Assembly: GCA_016199935.1 (NCBI GenBank)
Contig: JACQFS010000170.1
Span: forward strand, 143-64,142
Reading direction: 5' to 3'
DNA length: 64,000 nt
From: Verrucomicrobiota bacterium
GTDB lineage: Bacteria; Verrucomicrobiota; Verrucomicrobiia; Limisphaerales; JACQFS01
A program made the position numbers and the translations under genes. Every line of letters begins with the position of its first letter. Position 1 is the stretch's first letter. This document shows, piece by piece, positions 46,479 through 56,638 of the stretch. The notes beneath the pieces are model-generated. The model did no database searches and had not been told where the DNA came from. It saw only the letters and a program-made list of their open reading frames with translations.

Positions 46479-48989
46479 TCAGACGCGCGCCGCGTCTTTG
46501 GCCCGTTCCTGCATCACGACCTGCGAGCCACCGAAGCTGCTCGTGGGCCGCTGGCCCTTGTGCCACCAAAGCACCAGCGCGCTGGCGATGTAGATGGAGG
46601 AGTAAGTGCCGGTCACGATGCCGACGAGGAAGGTGAAGGCGAAGTCCTTGATCGCGCCGCCGCCGAAGACGTAGAGCGCCATCGTCGAGAGGAACACGGT
46701 GCCGGAGGTGATGAGCGTGCGGCTCAGGGTCTGGTTGAGCGCGGTGTTCAGCACGTCCTTGAACGAGCCGCGCACGCCCAGCTTCAGGTCCTCACGGATG
46801 CGGTCGAAGATGACGATGGTGTCGTTGGTCGAGAAGCCGATGATGGTGAGGAACGCCGCGACGATGGGCGAACTCAACTCCAGCCCCGCCAGCGAGAAGA
46901 TGCCGAAGGTCATCAGCAGATCGTGGATGATCGCCAGCACCGCGCCGACGGCGAAGGAGAACTCGTAGCGGAACGCCACGTAGATGAGGATGCCGAAGAG
47001 CGAGAGCAGCGAGGCGAGCACGGCGGAGCGCTGGATTTCGCGGCCGACCACCGGGCCGACGCGGTCCTGGCCGAGCGGCTTGAGCCTGGCCTCGGGGAAA
47101 TCCTGCTGCAACTTCGCGATCACGTTGGAGCCTTTCTCGAAGGCGGTGGTGACGGCGAGGAACTCGGAGTTGTTGCCGATGTTGCGCTGATACTGGATCG
47201 TCGGGTCGCCGAAGCCGAGGCTCTGGACGGACTCGCGCACCTTGTCCACGCCGACGCGTTTCTCGAAGCCGAAGGTCACCGCGTCGCCGCCGACGAAATC
47301 CACGCCGAAGAGGTCGCCCTTGTAGGCGCGCATCCCGCCGTAGGTGCAGCCGACGATGATGAGGAGCCACGTGGCGGCGAAGGCGGGCTTGGCCACCTTC
47401 ATGAAGTCAATGTGCGAGCCCTTGATGAACTGGAGCATCGAGAGCGAGTTGAGCCAGCCCCGGCCCAGCAGCCAGTCGAAGATCAGCCGCGTGACGAACA
47501 GCGCCGTGAACATCGAGACGCACAGGCCGATGGTGAGCGTGACACCGAAGCCCTTCACCGAGCCGGTGCCGAGGAAAATCAGCAGCACGGAGGAGATGAG
47601 CGTGGTGAGGTTCGAATCGAAGATGGTGCCGAACGCCTTGTCGTAGCCCGCGGCCAGCGCGCCGCGGATGGATTTGCCGGCGGCCAGTTCCTCGCGGATG
47701 CGCTCGTAGATGAGAACGTTCGCGTCCACGGCCATGCCGATGGTCAGCACGATGCCCGCGATACCCGGCAGAGTGAAGGTGCTGGGCAGCGCGCACATCA
47801 CGCCGATCAGGATCAGGAGGTTCAGCAACAGCGCCACATTCGCCACCACGCCGGCGCGGAGATAATAGACGAGCATGAACAGGGCGACGGCCGCCGTGCC
47901 GATGAGCGAGGCCATCATGCCGCTCTTGATCGAGTCCGCGCCGAGCGACGGGTCCACGCCGCGTTCCTCGATTATTTTCACCGGAGCCTCGAGCGGATTC
48001 TCCATCACCTGCGCGAGCTGGATGGCTTCCTTGATGTCAAAGCTGCCGGTGATGCGCCCGCTGGCGCTGATTTCGCTCTGGATGACCGGGGCGGAATAAA
48101 CGACGCCGTCCAGCACGATGGCCATGCGCTCGCGGATGTGCTCGCGGGTGAGCGCGCCCATGAGCGAGGCGCCCTCGCTATTCATCTCGAAAAGAATTTC
48201 CGGCTCGCCGGTGGTCATGTCCGTGGTGGGCATGGCGCGCTTGAGATACTTGCCGGTCAGCTCGGCCTTCTTCTTCACGAAGATCGGGCGCTGGACCTTC
48301 TCGCCATTGGCCGCCTTGGTTTCCTCGAAGAGCCGCTCGTAAAGCGGCTCGCGCTCGACGCTCTGGGCGATGAGTTCATCGTTGTTGGGATGAACCATGC
48401 GGAATTCAAGGAAGGCCGCCTTCTGGAGCGTGATGCGCGCATCCTGCTTGGCCGACTCAGAAAGGCCGGGAAGCTGGATCAGGATGCGGTTGCCGCCCGC
48501 GGGCTGGAGGACGGGTTCGGCCACGCCCATCTTGTCCACGCGTTTACGGAGCACCTCGATGGCCTGGGCGATGGACTGATCCAACTGCGCGCCGGAACTG
48601 AGCTTGGTCGTGTCCAACTCCACGAGGAACGACTGGCCGCCCTGCAAATCGAGGCCGAGGTGGATGCGGCCGGCGGCGTCGCGCTGGAGTTTGTTGAGGA
48701 TGGTCCGCGTGGGATTCGGATCGGTGGGCGGCGCGAACTTCGGGAAATAACCGGCGATGGGGTTGGTGCCGATGGCCGCGACGAGGTTGCTGTAGGAGTT
48801 GCCGGGGAGTTGTTGCTCCAGCGCGTGCGCGCGGCCGACGATGGCGGTGAAGTTGGTGTCGAGGACGCCCGCGGCGCGGTGCTCGAATTCGCCCACGAGA
48901 TTGCGCGCCGTCGGCGGGCTCATCTCATAGATGGACCAGACGACCACGAGCGAGACGAAGAGGAACTTCCACAAAAGGTTCTGCTTCAT
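46479..48989 (-). CDS. secDF: Protein translocase subunit SecDF (fused)
   Basis: LGLDLQGG, GMAVDANVLIYERIREE, GVDFVGG, NDTIVIFDRIRE. Confidence 0.96.
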   Translation of the reverse strand: MKQNLLWKFLFVSLVVVWSIYEMSPPTARNLVGEFEHRAAGVLDTNFTAIVGRAHALEQQLPGNSYSNLVAAIGTNPIAGYFPKFAPPTDPNPTRTILNKLQRDAAGRIHLGLDLQGGQSFLVELDTTKLSSGAQLDQSIAQAIEVLRKRVDKMGVAEPVLQPAGGNRILIQLPGLSESAKQDARITLQKAAFLEFRMVHPNNDELIAQSVEREPLYERLFEETKAANGEKVQRPIFVKKKAELTGKYLKRAMPTTDMTTGEPEILFEMNSEGASLMGALTREHIRERMAIVLDGVVYSAPVIQSEISASGRITGSFDIKEAIQLAQVMENPLEAPVKIIEERGVDPSLGADSIKSGMMASLIGTAAVALFMLVYYLRAGVVANVALLLNLLILIGVMCALPSTFTLPGIAGIVLTIGMAVDANVLIYERIREELAAGKSIRGALAAGYDKAFGTIFDSNLTTLISSVLLIFLGTGSVKGFGVTLTIGLCVSMFTALFVTRLIFDWLLGRGWLNSLSMLQFIKGSHIDFMKVAKPAFAATWLLIIVGCTYGGMRAYKGDLFGVDFVGGDAVTFGFEKRVGVDKVRESVQSLGFGDPTIQYQRNIGNNSEFLAVTTAFEKGSNVIAKLQQDFPEARLKPLGQDRVGPVVGREIQRSAVLASLLSLFGILIYVAFRYEFSFAVGAVLAIIHDLLMTFGIFSLAGLELSSPIVAAFLTIIGFSTNDTIVIFDRIREDLKLGVRGSFKDVLNTALNQTLSRTLITSGTVFLSTMALYVFGGGAIKDFAFTFLVGIVTGTYSSIYIASALVLWWHKGQRPTSSFGGSQVVMQERAKDAARV

Positions 48990-48995
48990 TGCGGG

Positions 48996-49352
48996 TCAGG
49001 ATTCGGAGGAGGAGGCTTCGGTGATCTCGGCGATGGTGCTCTTGAGGACTTCGAGCTTGGCCTCGCCGGAACGGATGGTGACGGTCTTGTCCTTCACGGA
49101 GACGACGATGCCGACGAGGCCGCTGGAGGTGAGCACCTTGTCGTTGGACTTGAGCTTGGAGAGGAGGTTCGTCTGTTCCTTCGCCTTCTTCTGCTGCGGG
49201 CGGATGAACATGAAGTAGAACATCACGCCAATGATGGCGAACATGCCGATCATCTGGACCATCTGGCCCGTGGGATTGGCCTGCTGGCCGGGTTGGGAAG
49301 GCGGCGGCGTGAGCGCAAGCAGGGCCGTGAAATGGTTAAATAGCGTTGTCAT
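48996..49352 (-). CDS. yajC: Preprotein translocase subunit YajC
   Basis: FYFMFIRPQQK, DKVLTSSGLVG; directly upstream of secDF. Confidence 0.95.
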   Translation of the reverse strand: MTTLFNHFTALLALTPPPSQPGQQANPTGQMVQMIGMFAIIGVMFYFMFIRPQQKKAKEQTNLLSKLKSNDKVLTSSGLVGIVVSVKDKTVTIRSGEAKLEVLKSTIAEITEASSSES

Positions 49353-49491
49353 CAGAAAACAAGAGGCGCAAATCTAGGGAGCAAGAGGGTTTTGGCAAGC
49401 TTTACGTTGGCCGGAACGGAAATCACCGCGGAGCGACACTCGCGCCCGCGATGATTTTCGCCTTGAGCCATCCCCCGCCCGCCCGCGCGCG

Positions 49492-51564
49492 TCACGCGGG
49501 AACCTGCTGCCGGTGGTAATACTTCGTGTATTTGTATTGGTAGTAGCCGGGGAACTGCGGGTCGGCGCGATTGAGGATGCAGCCGAGCACGTTGACCTTG
49601 CGCTGGCGCAGGAGGTCCAGCGCGCTGCGCGCCAGGCGCGTGGCGGTGAAACCGGAGCGCAGCACGAGCAGCACGCCATCGATCTTGGGCGCGAGGCTGG
49701 TCGTGTCCGCCGTGGCAAGCACCGGGGCACTGTCGAAAATGACGAAGTCATAATGCGGACAGACTTCGCTGATGAATTTCTCCGTGTTCGGGTGGAGGAA
49801 CAGCTCGCCGGCGATCAGCGCGGGCTTGCCGCACGAGATGAGACTGAGGTTGGGCGTGCCCGTCTGTTTGATGATCTCGGAGTGGTGGACCTGGTCGGTG
49901 AGCGCCTCGTGCAGGCCGGGCTCGGCGGCGACGCCGAAGTGTTTGTGCAGCGTGCCGCAGCGCAGGTCGGCATCCACGAGCAGCACGCGGGAGCCGGAGA
50001 TGGCGAGCGTGACGGCGAGGTTGGCCGAGACGGAGGACTTGCCTTCATTCGGAACGGCGCTGGTGATGAGGATCGTCTTGGGCAACGCATCCCTGGGCGT
50101 CGAAAACAGGATGGCCGAACGAATGTCGCGGAAGGCCTCGACGAACGAGTGGCGCTCATCGTGTGAATGCACCAGCTCGAGTTCGCCCTTGCGTCCGCGC
50201 ATTTCCGGAATGAGGCCCATCGTGGGCAAATCAAAGGCCTCCATGAGATCACTCACCCCGGTGATCCGGTCGTCGTTGCGGTCCACAAACCAGATGATGC
50301 CCACGCCCAGCGCCAGGCCAATGAAGAAAGCCGTCAGGATGCGCTTGATCACGCTGGCCTTGACGGGTGCCGCGGTGGAGGCGTTCTCCATGACCGAGAC
50401 GTTTTCCTGCTCGAGATTTTTGCTGGTGCCAATGCTCTGCGCCATGTTCAGCAGCTTCTCGAACAGGGCGCGCTGGCGATCCTCGCCGGCCTTGAGCTTT
50501 TCATAATCCGCCATTTTGCGATTGGCCTCCTGGGCCTTGGTCGTCCATTCGGCGACCGCCTGCTGGACACTTTGGATCTGAACCTTCACGGAATCACGGG
50601 CATCCGTGAGTTGCTCGCGGCTCTGCTGGCGGTAAATCTCGAGCAACTGCTCCAGCCGGCTGATGTCCAGATCCATCTTCATGATGCGGGGATGACGCGG
50701 CTTGAGGTAGCGCGCCCAGTCGGCCCGCTCGGCCCGGGCGAGCTGGAGCTGTTCCTTCGCCTTCTGAAAGCCCGTCAGCGCGGCGGTGTCCACCTTGCTT
50801 TTCGTTTCCGGGCTGGCGGAGCTTTCGATCATCTTGGCGGCATCACGGTCGGAATTGGCGATGAGCAACTCGAGCAACTGCAACTCGGAGCGCAGGTCGG
50901 CGAGCCGGGTTGTGTTTTTGCCGAGTTGGGCGGCCGCGCTTCCCCCCTGATCGTTGAGCGAGGTCATGTCGTTCTGGCGGGCGAACTCCAGTTTCTTCTC
51001 CGTCGCATCCTCCAGTTCCTTGCGCGGGGCGTAGAGCTGTTCGGTGATGCCCTTGAGCGCCTCCTCGGCGGACAGGTTGCGCAGTTCCTTTTTGTAATTG
51101 AGATACTCCGACATATGCTGGTCGAGAAACGCCTTGGTGTATTCCGGTTCACTGCCGATGACCATCAGGACGAAGACGGCGGTGCGCGGGAGCACATTGA
51201 CGCGGAAATCCACGGCGCCGGGCGCGAGATTGGGCTTCAGAATCCGGAGACGTTCACGGGTGCGCCCCTTTAACCTATCGCTGCGCAGCAGCTCGGACTG
51301 CGTGCCGAAAAAGTTTTGCAACTCTTCGCGCCAGCTCGAGGCTTCCGGGACGGCGACCTTGCCGCTGACCCACATCTTGGCGTCCGACCGGTAGGACGGT
51401 GCCTCGCCGTAAATGGCGTAGGATTGCCAGCACACGGCGCCGATGACGCACAGGGCGACGACCCACCACGTGCGGCGCAGCAGGCGCAGGTAACGATAAA
51501 CGCGCGCCTGGAGGTTGAGCCCCGGAGCAGCGGCGGCTGGAATCAGTCCCTTGGGTTGGTCCAT
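49492..51564 (-). CDS. Polysaccharide co-polymerase / tyrosine autokinase (Wzc type)
   Basis: Two TMs flanking a coiled coil; SAVPNEGKS, VDADLR, IFDSAP; Tyr-rich tail. Confidence 0.92.
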   Translation of the reverse strand: MDQPKGLIPAAAAPGLNLQARVYRYLRLLRRTWWVVALCVIGAVCWQSYAIYGEAPSYRSDAKMWVSGKVAVPEASSWREELQNFFGTQSELLRSDRLKGRTRERLRILKPNLAPGAVDFRVNVLPRTAVFVLMVIGSEPEYTKAFLDQHMSEYLNYKKELRNLSAEEALKGITEQLYAPRKELEDATEKKLEFARQNDMTSLNDQGGSAAAQLGKNTTRLADLRSELQLLELLIANSDRDAAKMIESSASPETKSKVDTAALTGFQKAKEQLQLARAERADWARYLKPRHPRIMKMDLDISRLEQLLEIYRQQSREQLTDARDSVKVQIQSVQQAVAEWTTKAQEANRKMADYEKLKAGEDRQRALFEKLLNMAQSIGTSKNLEQENVSVMENASTAAPVKASVIKRILTAFFIGLALGVGIIWFVDRNDDRITGVSDLMEAFDLPTMGLIPEMRGRKGELELVHSHDERHSFVEAFRDIRSAILFSTPRDALPKTILITSAVPNEGKSSVSANLAVTLAISGSRVLLVDADLRCGTLHKHFGVAAEPGLHEALTDQVHHSEIIKQTGTPNLSLISCGKPALIAGELFLHPNTEKFISEVCPHYDFVIFDSAPVLATADTTSLAPKIDGVLLVLRSGFTATRLARSALDLLRQRKVNVLGCILNRADPQFPGYYQYKYTKYYHRQQVPA

Positions 51565-51582
51565 AATGGAAATTTAGCGGGG

Positions 51583-52485
51583 CTAGAGGTTGATCAGCCG
51601 TTGCGGCACGAAAATCATGTCGTCGGCCTGCACGTCGAGATCCAGATCGGAGCGCCCCTTCTCCAGCACCTCAGTGCAATCGATCACGTAGATCACGTTC
51701 AGCCCGTCGGCCCCCTTGCGCGTGACGCGCACTTTGCGCTTGTTCGCGAAATCCGCGAACCCCTGCGCGCGCAGGATGAGCTTGCTGACGGTGAGCACCT
51801 CGTCGGTCGGCAGATCCAGGGCGCCGGGAGTGCGCACCTGGCCGTAGAGGTAAACCTTGCCCCGCGTCTTGGCGAGCTGGTCCACGCCGATGACGACGGT
51901 GGCGCGGTGATAAAAATCCTTTTCCAAAACCGTCTTGATCTCCTTGGCCAACTGCGCGCAGGTCTTGTCCGTCGCCTTGATGCGTCCGGCCAGCACCACC
52001 TCCACTTCGCCCGAGTCCGTCACGAACAACGGCCGCGCGTCTTCGCGGTCCTCATACACGCGATAGCTGAGTTTGTCGCCCATGCTCAACTTGCGCTTGT
52101 CATCAAGGGACTTCATGAGTTCCGCCGCCTCCCCGTCACTCAGACCCGTGCTCAAAAACCCGCCGCCGCCTTCGATGCCCGCCGCCATCATCTTTGAAAT
52201 GGTGGTCGCCGACGGTTTGCCGAGGGACGCGGGCGGGGCGGGCGCAGGTTCCACAACCGCAGTGGCCGCGGCCGGGATGATCGTCGCCGCCGGAGCCGGA
52301 GCTGGCGTCGGCGGCGCCACGGCATTGAGCGACTGCAACTGCTCCATCAACTTCTGGCGGGTGCGCGAAAATTCATCATCCGGTGCGGGAGCGGGTGCCT
52401 GCTGCGCGCGCAGCGGCAGGACGGCCGTGCACAGGCATAGCGCCAGGCCGGCCAAAGGGCGGAAGGTTTTCATTTTGGTGAACAT
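51583..52485 (-). CDS. Polysaccharide export protein (Wza/SLBB type)
   Basis: LSMGDKLSYRVYED, VYLYGQVRTPG, DDMIFVP; upstream of the wzc-like gene. Confidence 0.85.
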   Translation of the reverse strand: MFTKMKTFRPLAGLALCLCTAVLPLRAQQAPAPAPDDEFSRTRQKLMEQLQSLNAVAPPTPAPAPAATIIPAAATAVVEPAPAPPASLGKPSATTISKMMAAGIEGGGGFLSTGLSDGEAAELMKSLDDKRKLSMGDKLSYRVYEDREDARPLFVTDSGEVEVVLAGRIKATDKTCAQLAKEIKTVLEKDFYHRATVVIGVDQLAKTRGKVYLYGQVRTPGALDLPTDEVLTVSKLILRAQGFADFANKRKVRVTRKGADGLNVIYVIDCTEVLEKGRSDLDLDVQADDMIFVPQRLINL

Positions 52486-52625
52486 GGGTTGGGTTCAAAA
52501 AGACTGGAGATATTTGGGTCATCAAAAGGCAAAAGTCAATTTTTATGCCCCGGCAACTGGCTCACGAAGCAATGCAGAAGTCGGGGCACCGGCATCTGAC
52601 CGGCGAACCGAAGCAAAGTTCAAAG

Positions 52626-52778
52626 CGTGCTTGTCCGGTTGGTTGACAAAGTATGACGCGAATTGCGCGAATTGGCACGAATTGGAGAATCTGTTTTTGA
52701 ATTCGCGCCAATTCGCGCAATTCGCGTCACCGGTCTTTTTTGGTTTCTTCGTTTTTGTCAGCAAACCGGATAGGCATG
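52626..52778. mobile_element. 153-bp MITE with the same TIRs as the 8374-10158 element
   Basis: TIRs CGTGCTTGTCCGGTTGGTTGACA / revcomp CATGCCTATCCGGTTTGCTGACA; flanks GTTCAAAG and ATTCAAAG; internal palindrome near 52655-52730. Confidence 0.72.
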
Positions 52779-52819
52779 ATTCAAAGTTCGCGGTTCAAGC
52801 GAGGCCCTCCGTCCCGCCC

Positions 52820-54361
52820 TCACGGCCGCGCCTTCAGCCGCGGGTCCGCCAGATCGAGCCGATACATGATCTGGTTGTAGTCATACCGCGGCGTGTGGAC
52901 CGCGTTGCCGGAAAACTCCTGCGTGTAAGTCCCCTCGAAAAAAATAAACCGCCCGCCCGCCGCGTCGAGGAACGCGTGCTGCGCCGGGTTGTAAAATGTG
53001 TAGCGCTGATGCGTGACGATCCGGTGCGGATTTCGCCACGGCCCCGTCGGCGCGTCCGCCTCCGCGAACCAGATCTCCCCGCCGAACGACGGCCCGCCGA
53101 ACAACTGCTGCCCGATCAGAATCCACTGCTTCCGAAACGCATTCCAGTTCACGCCGGAAGCGTGGATCGCCACCGGCTTGCCCGAGTCCGGGTCGCTCAA
53201 CTGCCACCGCGCCTCCGACGCCTTGAGTTTGCCCGCGCCGATCAGCGCGAGTTCTTCCTTCGCACCGACCGGCTCCGCGCCCTTTTTCCACGACCAACGC
53301 GGGCGGCCGTCGGCGCCGAGGTCCGGCTTCGCGCTCTTCGCGGAAAATTTCGCCGAGCCCGCGACGCACGTGAAGCCTTCGTAGCTCGCCGGGGTTTTCA
53401 AATCCTCCAGCGTCGCGCGCACGCGGACGTTCGCGAACGGCGCGGGGAAAAGAAAATAATCCCCGCCCTCCTCGTGCACGCGCACCGGGTGGCCGCGCGG
53501 GCAGCGCCAGTCGTCGTTCAAATCAAACTGCGCGACCTTTTCGAACTCCTCGCGTTCGTCGTTGTAAATCACCAACCCGTGTTCGAGCCGTTCACCGAGC
53601 GACTTCATCCGCGAGTAATGCGCCACCAACCGCTCGCGGCCCGCCGCGTCGGCGACGGTGAGCAGGCCGTCAATCCAGATCGGCCCCTCCGCCTTGAACG
53701 GCACCATGCGTTTGGAGAATCCCTCGGCGTCCTTGAAGTAAGTCAGGTTCACGCCCACGGCCGGGTCGAGGCCGCCGTGGCCGGGCAGTTCGGACGTCGC
53801 GCCGCTGGTTTGATAATGGCCGAGCGGATAGCGCGCGCGCATCGTGTCGCCCCAGAACCAGAAAATTTTCCCGCGATACACCGCCGTCTCCACCGTGTCC
53901 TGGCCGACCACCTGCGCGTTGAGCAACGGCTCGGCGATCGGGGGCGTGTGCCCGAGCAGCACGGTGTCGCGATAGATGCCCTCGCCGGTGATGCGGTAGA
54001 GGCGCTCGGCGAGGTTCACGCGCTTGAGCTTGATCGTCGCGCTGCCGCCGGGCTTCACGTCGAGCGCCTTGCCGATGTAGCCGAAGCCGTCCTTCGACAT
54101 TTCGTAGCCGTGACTGCGGACATGAAAATAAACCGCGCGGCTCATCAGGCCCGGCTCGTGAAACGCGACGCGCCCCGCGCTGTCGGTCACGAAGAGCAGA
54201 TGGTTCACGGTTTCCAACTCGACCAGCGGCACGCCGCGGCCGGTCGCCTCGTCCACCACGCGGATTTCAAAATAATCGGCGGGTGCGGCCAGGCCACGCA
54301 ACGCCGCGAGCAGGAGCAGGCCGGACAGGAGGGTGATTGAAAATCGGAGCGGGCGCATCAT
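52820..54361 (-). CDS. Hypothetical secreted protein
   Basis: Signal peptide; long ORF with host-like codon usage; no family recognised. Confidence 0.75.
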   Translation of the reverse strand: MMRPLRFSITLLSGLLLLAALRGLAAPADYFEIRVVDEATGRGVPLVELETVNHLLFVTDSAGRVAFHEPGLMSRAVYFHVRSHGYEMSKDGFGYIGKALDVKPGGSATIKLKRVNLAERLYRITGEGIYRDTVLLGHTPPIAEPLLNAQVVGQDTVETAVYRGKIFWFWGDTMRARYPLGHYQTSGATSELPGHGGLDPAVGVNLTYFKDAEGFSKRMVPFKAEGPIWIDGLLTVADAAGRERLVAHYSRMKSLGERLEHGLVIYNDEREEFEKVAQFDLNDDWRCPRGHPVRVHEEGGDYFLFPAPFANVRVRATLEDLKTPASYEGFTCVAGSAKFSAKSAKPDLGADGRPRWSWKKGAEPVGAKEELALIGAGKLKASEARWQLSDPDSGKPVAIHASGVNWNAFRKQWILIGQQLFGGPSFGGEIWFAEADAPTGPWRNPHRIVTHQRYTFYNPAQHAFLDAAGGRFIFFEGTYTQEFSGNAVHTPRYDYNQIMYRLDLADPRLKARP

Positions 54362-54476
54362 GAGTCAGGTGGTGAACAGCGGATCAGGCGCGAACCGTAT
54401 CGGAACGGATTCCCGTTTCAAGCCTGCTCCAGCCGGTCGCTTCCACGTCGGTGGAAAAGCCGGTTCACCCGCCCAC

Positions 54477-54885
54477 GGACCGCGAGCCGTCCCGGCTCGC
54501 AGCGGCTTCGCGGCGAGGAACGGGTCCGGCAAATCCGGAATTCCGAAGTGGGAATCTGGAAACCACGGATGGACAGGGATCAACACGGATGGAACCCGGA
54601 CCGGAGCCGGGGGATTTTTTCCCGCGTCGAAAAATGCGCGCCCGACGCGCGCCGGCTTGGCTCCCCAACCATCCGTGTCCATCCGTGGTTCAATTTCGGA
54701 GTTCGGGTAAATCTCAACGCGCGCCGGCCGCTCTGGCCGCTGCGGGCCGGGACGGCCCGCGCTCCCTTCCACGCGGAGCGCGGACGGTCTCCGTCCGCAG
54801 CGGCTCCGCAACGCGGCGCGGGTTCGATCAATCGCCGCGCCTTCTCGCGGCCGTGGCCGCTGCGGGCCGGGACGGCCCGCGGTCC
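54477..54885. repeat. Cluster of nested REP-like palindromes
   Basis: GCCGCTGCGGGCCGGGACGGCCCGCG copies and an AACCACGGATGGACA...TGTCCATCCGTGGTT pair. Confidence 0.65.
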
Positions 54886-54937
54886 GCCCGCGCACCTTGC
54901 GCTTGCACTTTGGCCCGCGCGCCGGAGACTCCGCCCC

Positions 54938-56332
54938 ATGTTCATCCAGTTCCTCGGCGCGGCCCGCACGACCACCGGCTCGATGTCGCTGATTCAAATC
55001 AACGGCGCGAAGCTCCTGCTCGAATGCGGCCTCTTCCAGGGCCACCGCGGCGAGTCCATCGAGCGCAACTGCTGCTTCCCCTTCAAGCCCGCCGAGCTTG
55101 ACGCCGTGATCCTCAGCCACGCGCACATTGACCATTGCGGCAATCTGCCGAATCTCTGCAAGCAGGGTTTTCGCGGGAGCATTTACTGCACGTTCGCCAC
55201 GCGCGACCTCGCGGCGATCATGCTCGAGGACTCGGCGGACATTCAGAAGGACGACGCGGCATTTGTCTCCAAGCAGCGCGCGAAAAAAGGTCTGCCGCCC
55301 GTCCAGCCGCTCTACACGGCGGAGGACGCGCGGCGCGCGATCGAGCAGTTTGTCTCGATCAATTACGACCGCCCCTTCCCCGTCGCCGACGGCGTGAAGG
55401 TCACGTTCCGCGACGCGGGCCACATCCTCGGCTCCGCGCAGGTGGTGCTCGACGTGCAGGAGGGCGGCCGGAAATTTCGCCATCTCTTCAGCGGCGATGT
55501 CGGCCGCGGCGGCGACGAAATCCTCCGCGACCCGCAGCCGGTCGAGAACGTGGACTCGCTCCAGATCGAGAGCACCTACGGCAACCGGCTCCACGCCGAG
55601 CGCCAGCTCTCGAAGGAAACGCTCGCGCAACTCGTGAACGAAACGATCGCGCGCCGCGGCAAGGTGATCATCCCGGCGTTCAGCGTCGGGCGCACGCAGC
55701 AGATTGTCTATGTGCTCAACCAACTCACCGAGGCGGGCAAGCTGCCGCGCGTGCCGATCTTTGTGGACTCGCCGTTGAGCGTGAACGCGACGGAGGTCCA
55801 CCGGCTGCACCCGGAATGTTTCAACGCGGAGATTTACCGCTTCCTGCGCGACGTGAAGAATCCCTTCGGCATGGAGAACCTCACCTACATCCGCGAGGTC
55901 GAGGGCTCGCGCAAGCTCAACGAACTTCAGGAGCCGGCGATCATCATCAGCGCGTCGGGCATGGCCGAGGCCGGGCGCATCCGCCACCATCTCAAGAACA
56001 ACCTCGGCAATCCCGCCAACCTCATCCTCTTCATCGGCTTTTGCGCGGAGCACACGCTCGGGGCGCAGATTCTGGCCGGTCACAGCCCCGTGAACATCTT
56101 CGGCGAGCCGCAAGAAGTCCGCGCGCGCGTCGCCTCGGTGGACGCGTTCAGCGGTCATGCGGACAAAAACGAACTGGTGCGCTACGTGCAGCAGCTCACC
56201 GGCAACATTAAAAAAGTGTTCGTCGTCCACGGCGAGGAATCGCAGAGCCTCGCCTTCGCGGAGACGCTGCGAAAACTCAAGCCGAAGGCCGAGGTGAACG
56301 TGCCGGTGTATCTGCAGAAGTTCGAGATGTGA
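54938..56332 (+). CDS. MBL-fold beta-CASP ribonuclease family protein
   Basis: LSHAHIDHCG, AGHILGS, FSGD, ESTYG, SASGM, FSGHAD. Confidence 0.93.
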   Translation: MFIQFLGAARTTTGSMSLIQINGAKLLLECGLFQGHRGESIERNCCFPFKPAELDAVILSHAHIDHCGNLPNLCKQGFRGSIYCTFATRDLAAIMLEDSADIQKDDAAFVSKQRAKKGLPPVQPLYTAEDARRAIEQFVSINYDRPFPVADGVKVTFRDAGHILGSAQVVLDVQEGGRKFRHLFSGDVGRGGDEILRDPQPVENVDSLQIESTYGNRLHAERQLSKETLAQLVNETIARRGKVIIPAFSVGRTQQIVYVLNQLTEAGKLPRVPIFVDSPLSVNATEVHRLHPECFNAEIYRFLRDVKNPFGMENLTYIREVEGSRKLNELQEPAIIISASGMAEAGRIRHHLKNNLGNPANLILFIGFCAEHTLGAQILAGHSPVNIFGEPQEVRARVASVDAFSGHADKNELVRYVQQLTGNIKKVFVVHGEESQSLAFAETLRKLKPKAEVNVPVYLQKFEM

Positions 56333-56377
56333 CGCGGAGCGAAGCGGGCGCATCCGCGCACTACTACCGATGTCTTC

Positions 56378-56530
56378 TCCCTCTCCCCCGCGCGAAGCGC
56401 GGGGGAGAGGGCTGGGGAGAGGGGGTGAAACAAAAGAGCAGGCACGGTTCAGGCAGCAGTCGCAGTTTTCACCACGAACAAGGCACCTCCTCTCCCCGGC
56501 CCTCTCCTCCACTTCGTGGAGGAGAGGGAG
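56378..56530. repeat. Inverted REP pair (CCCTCTCCCC family)
   Basis: Same family as 25035-25168. Confidence 0.65.
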
Positions 56531-56638
56531 TCCGCCCGCGTGCAATTCGGTCAATGCCCGGACGCGCCCGACTTGGACTTGTGTTCACGGGTGCGGCTGA
56601 CATAGCTTTCCCGCGCACGACACTCTCGACAACACACC

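Noticed and set aside
44688-49343. 1551-aa plus-strand ORF (also 18393-20636, 52073-54340, 54365-56554 and similar)
   Set aside because: These are antisense shadows of well-supported genes in high-GC DNA and have no recognisable motifs.
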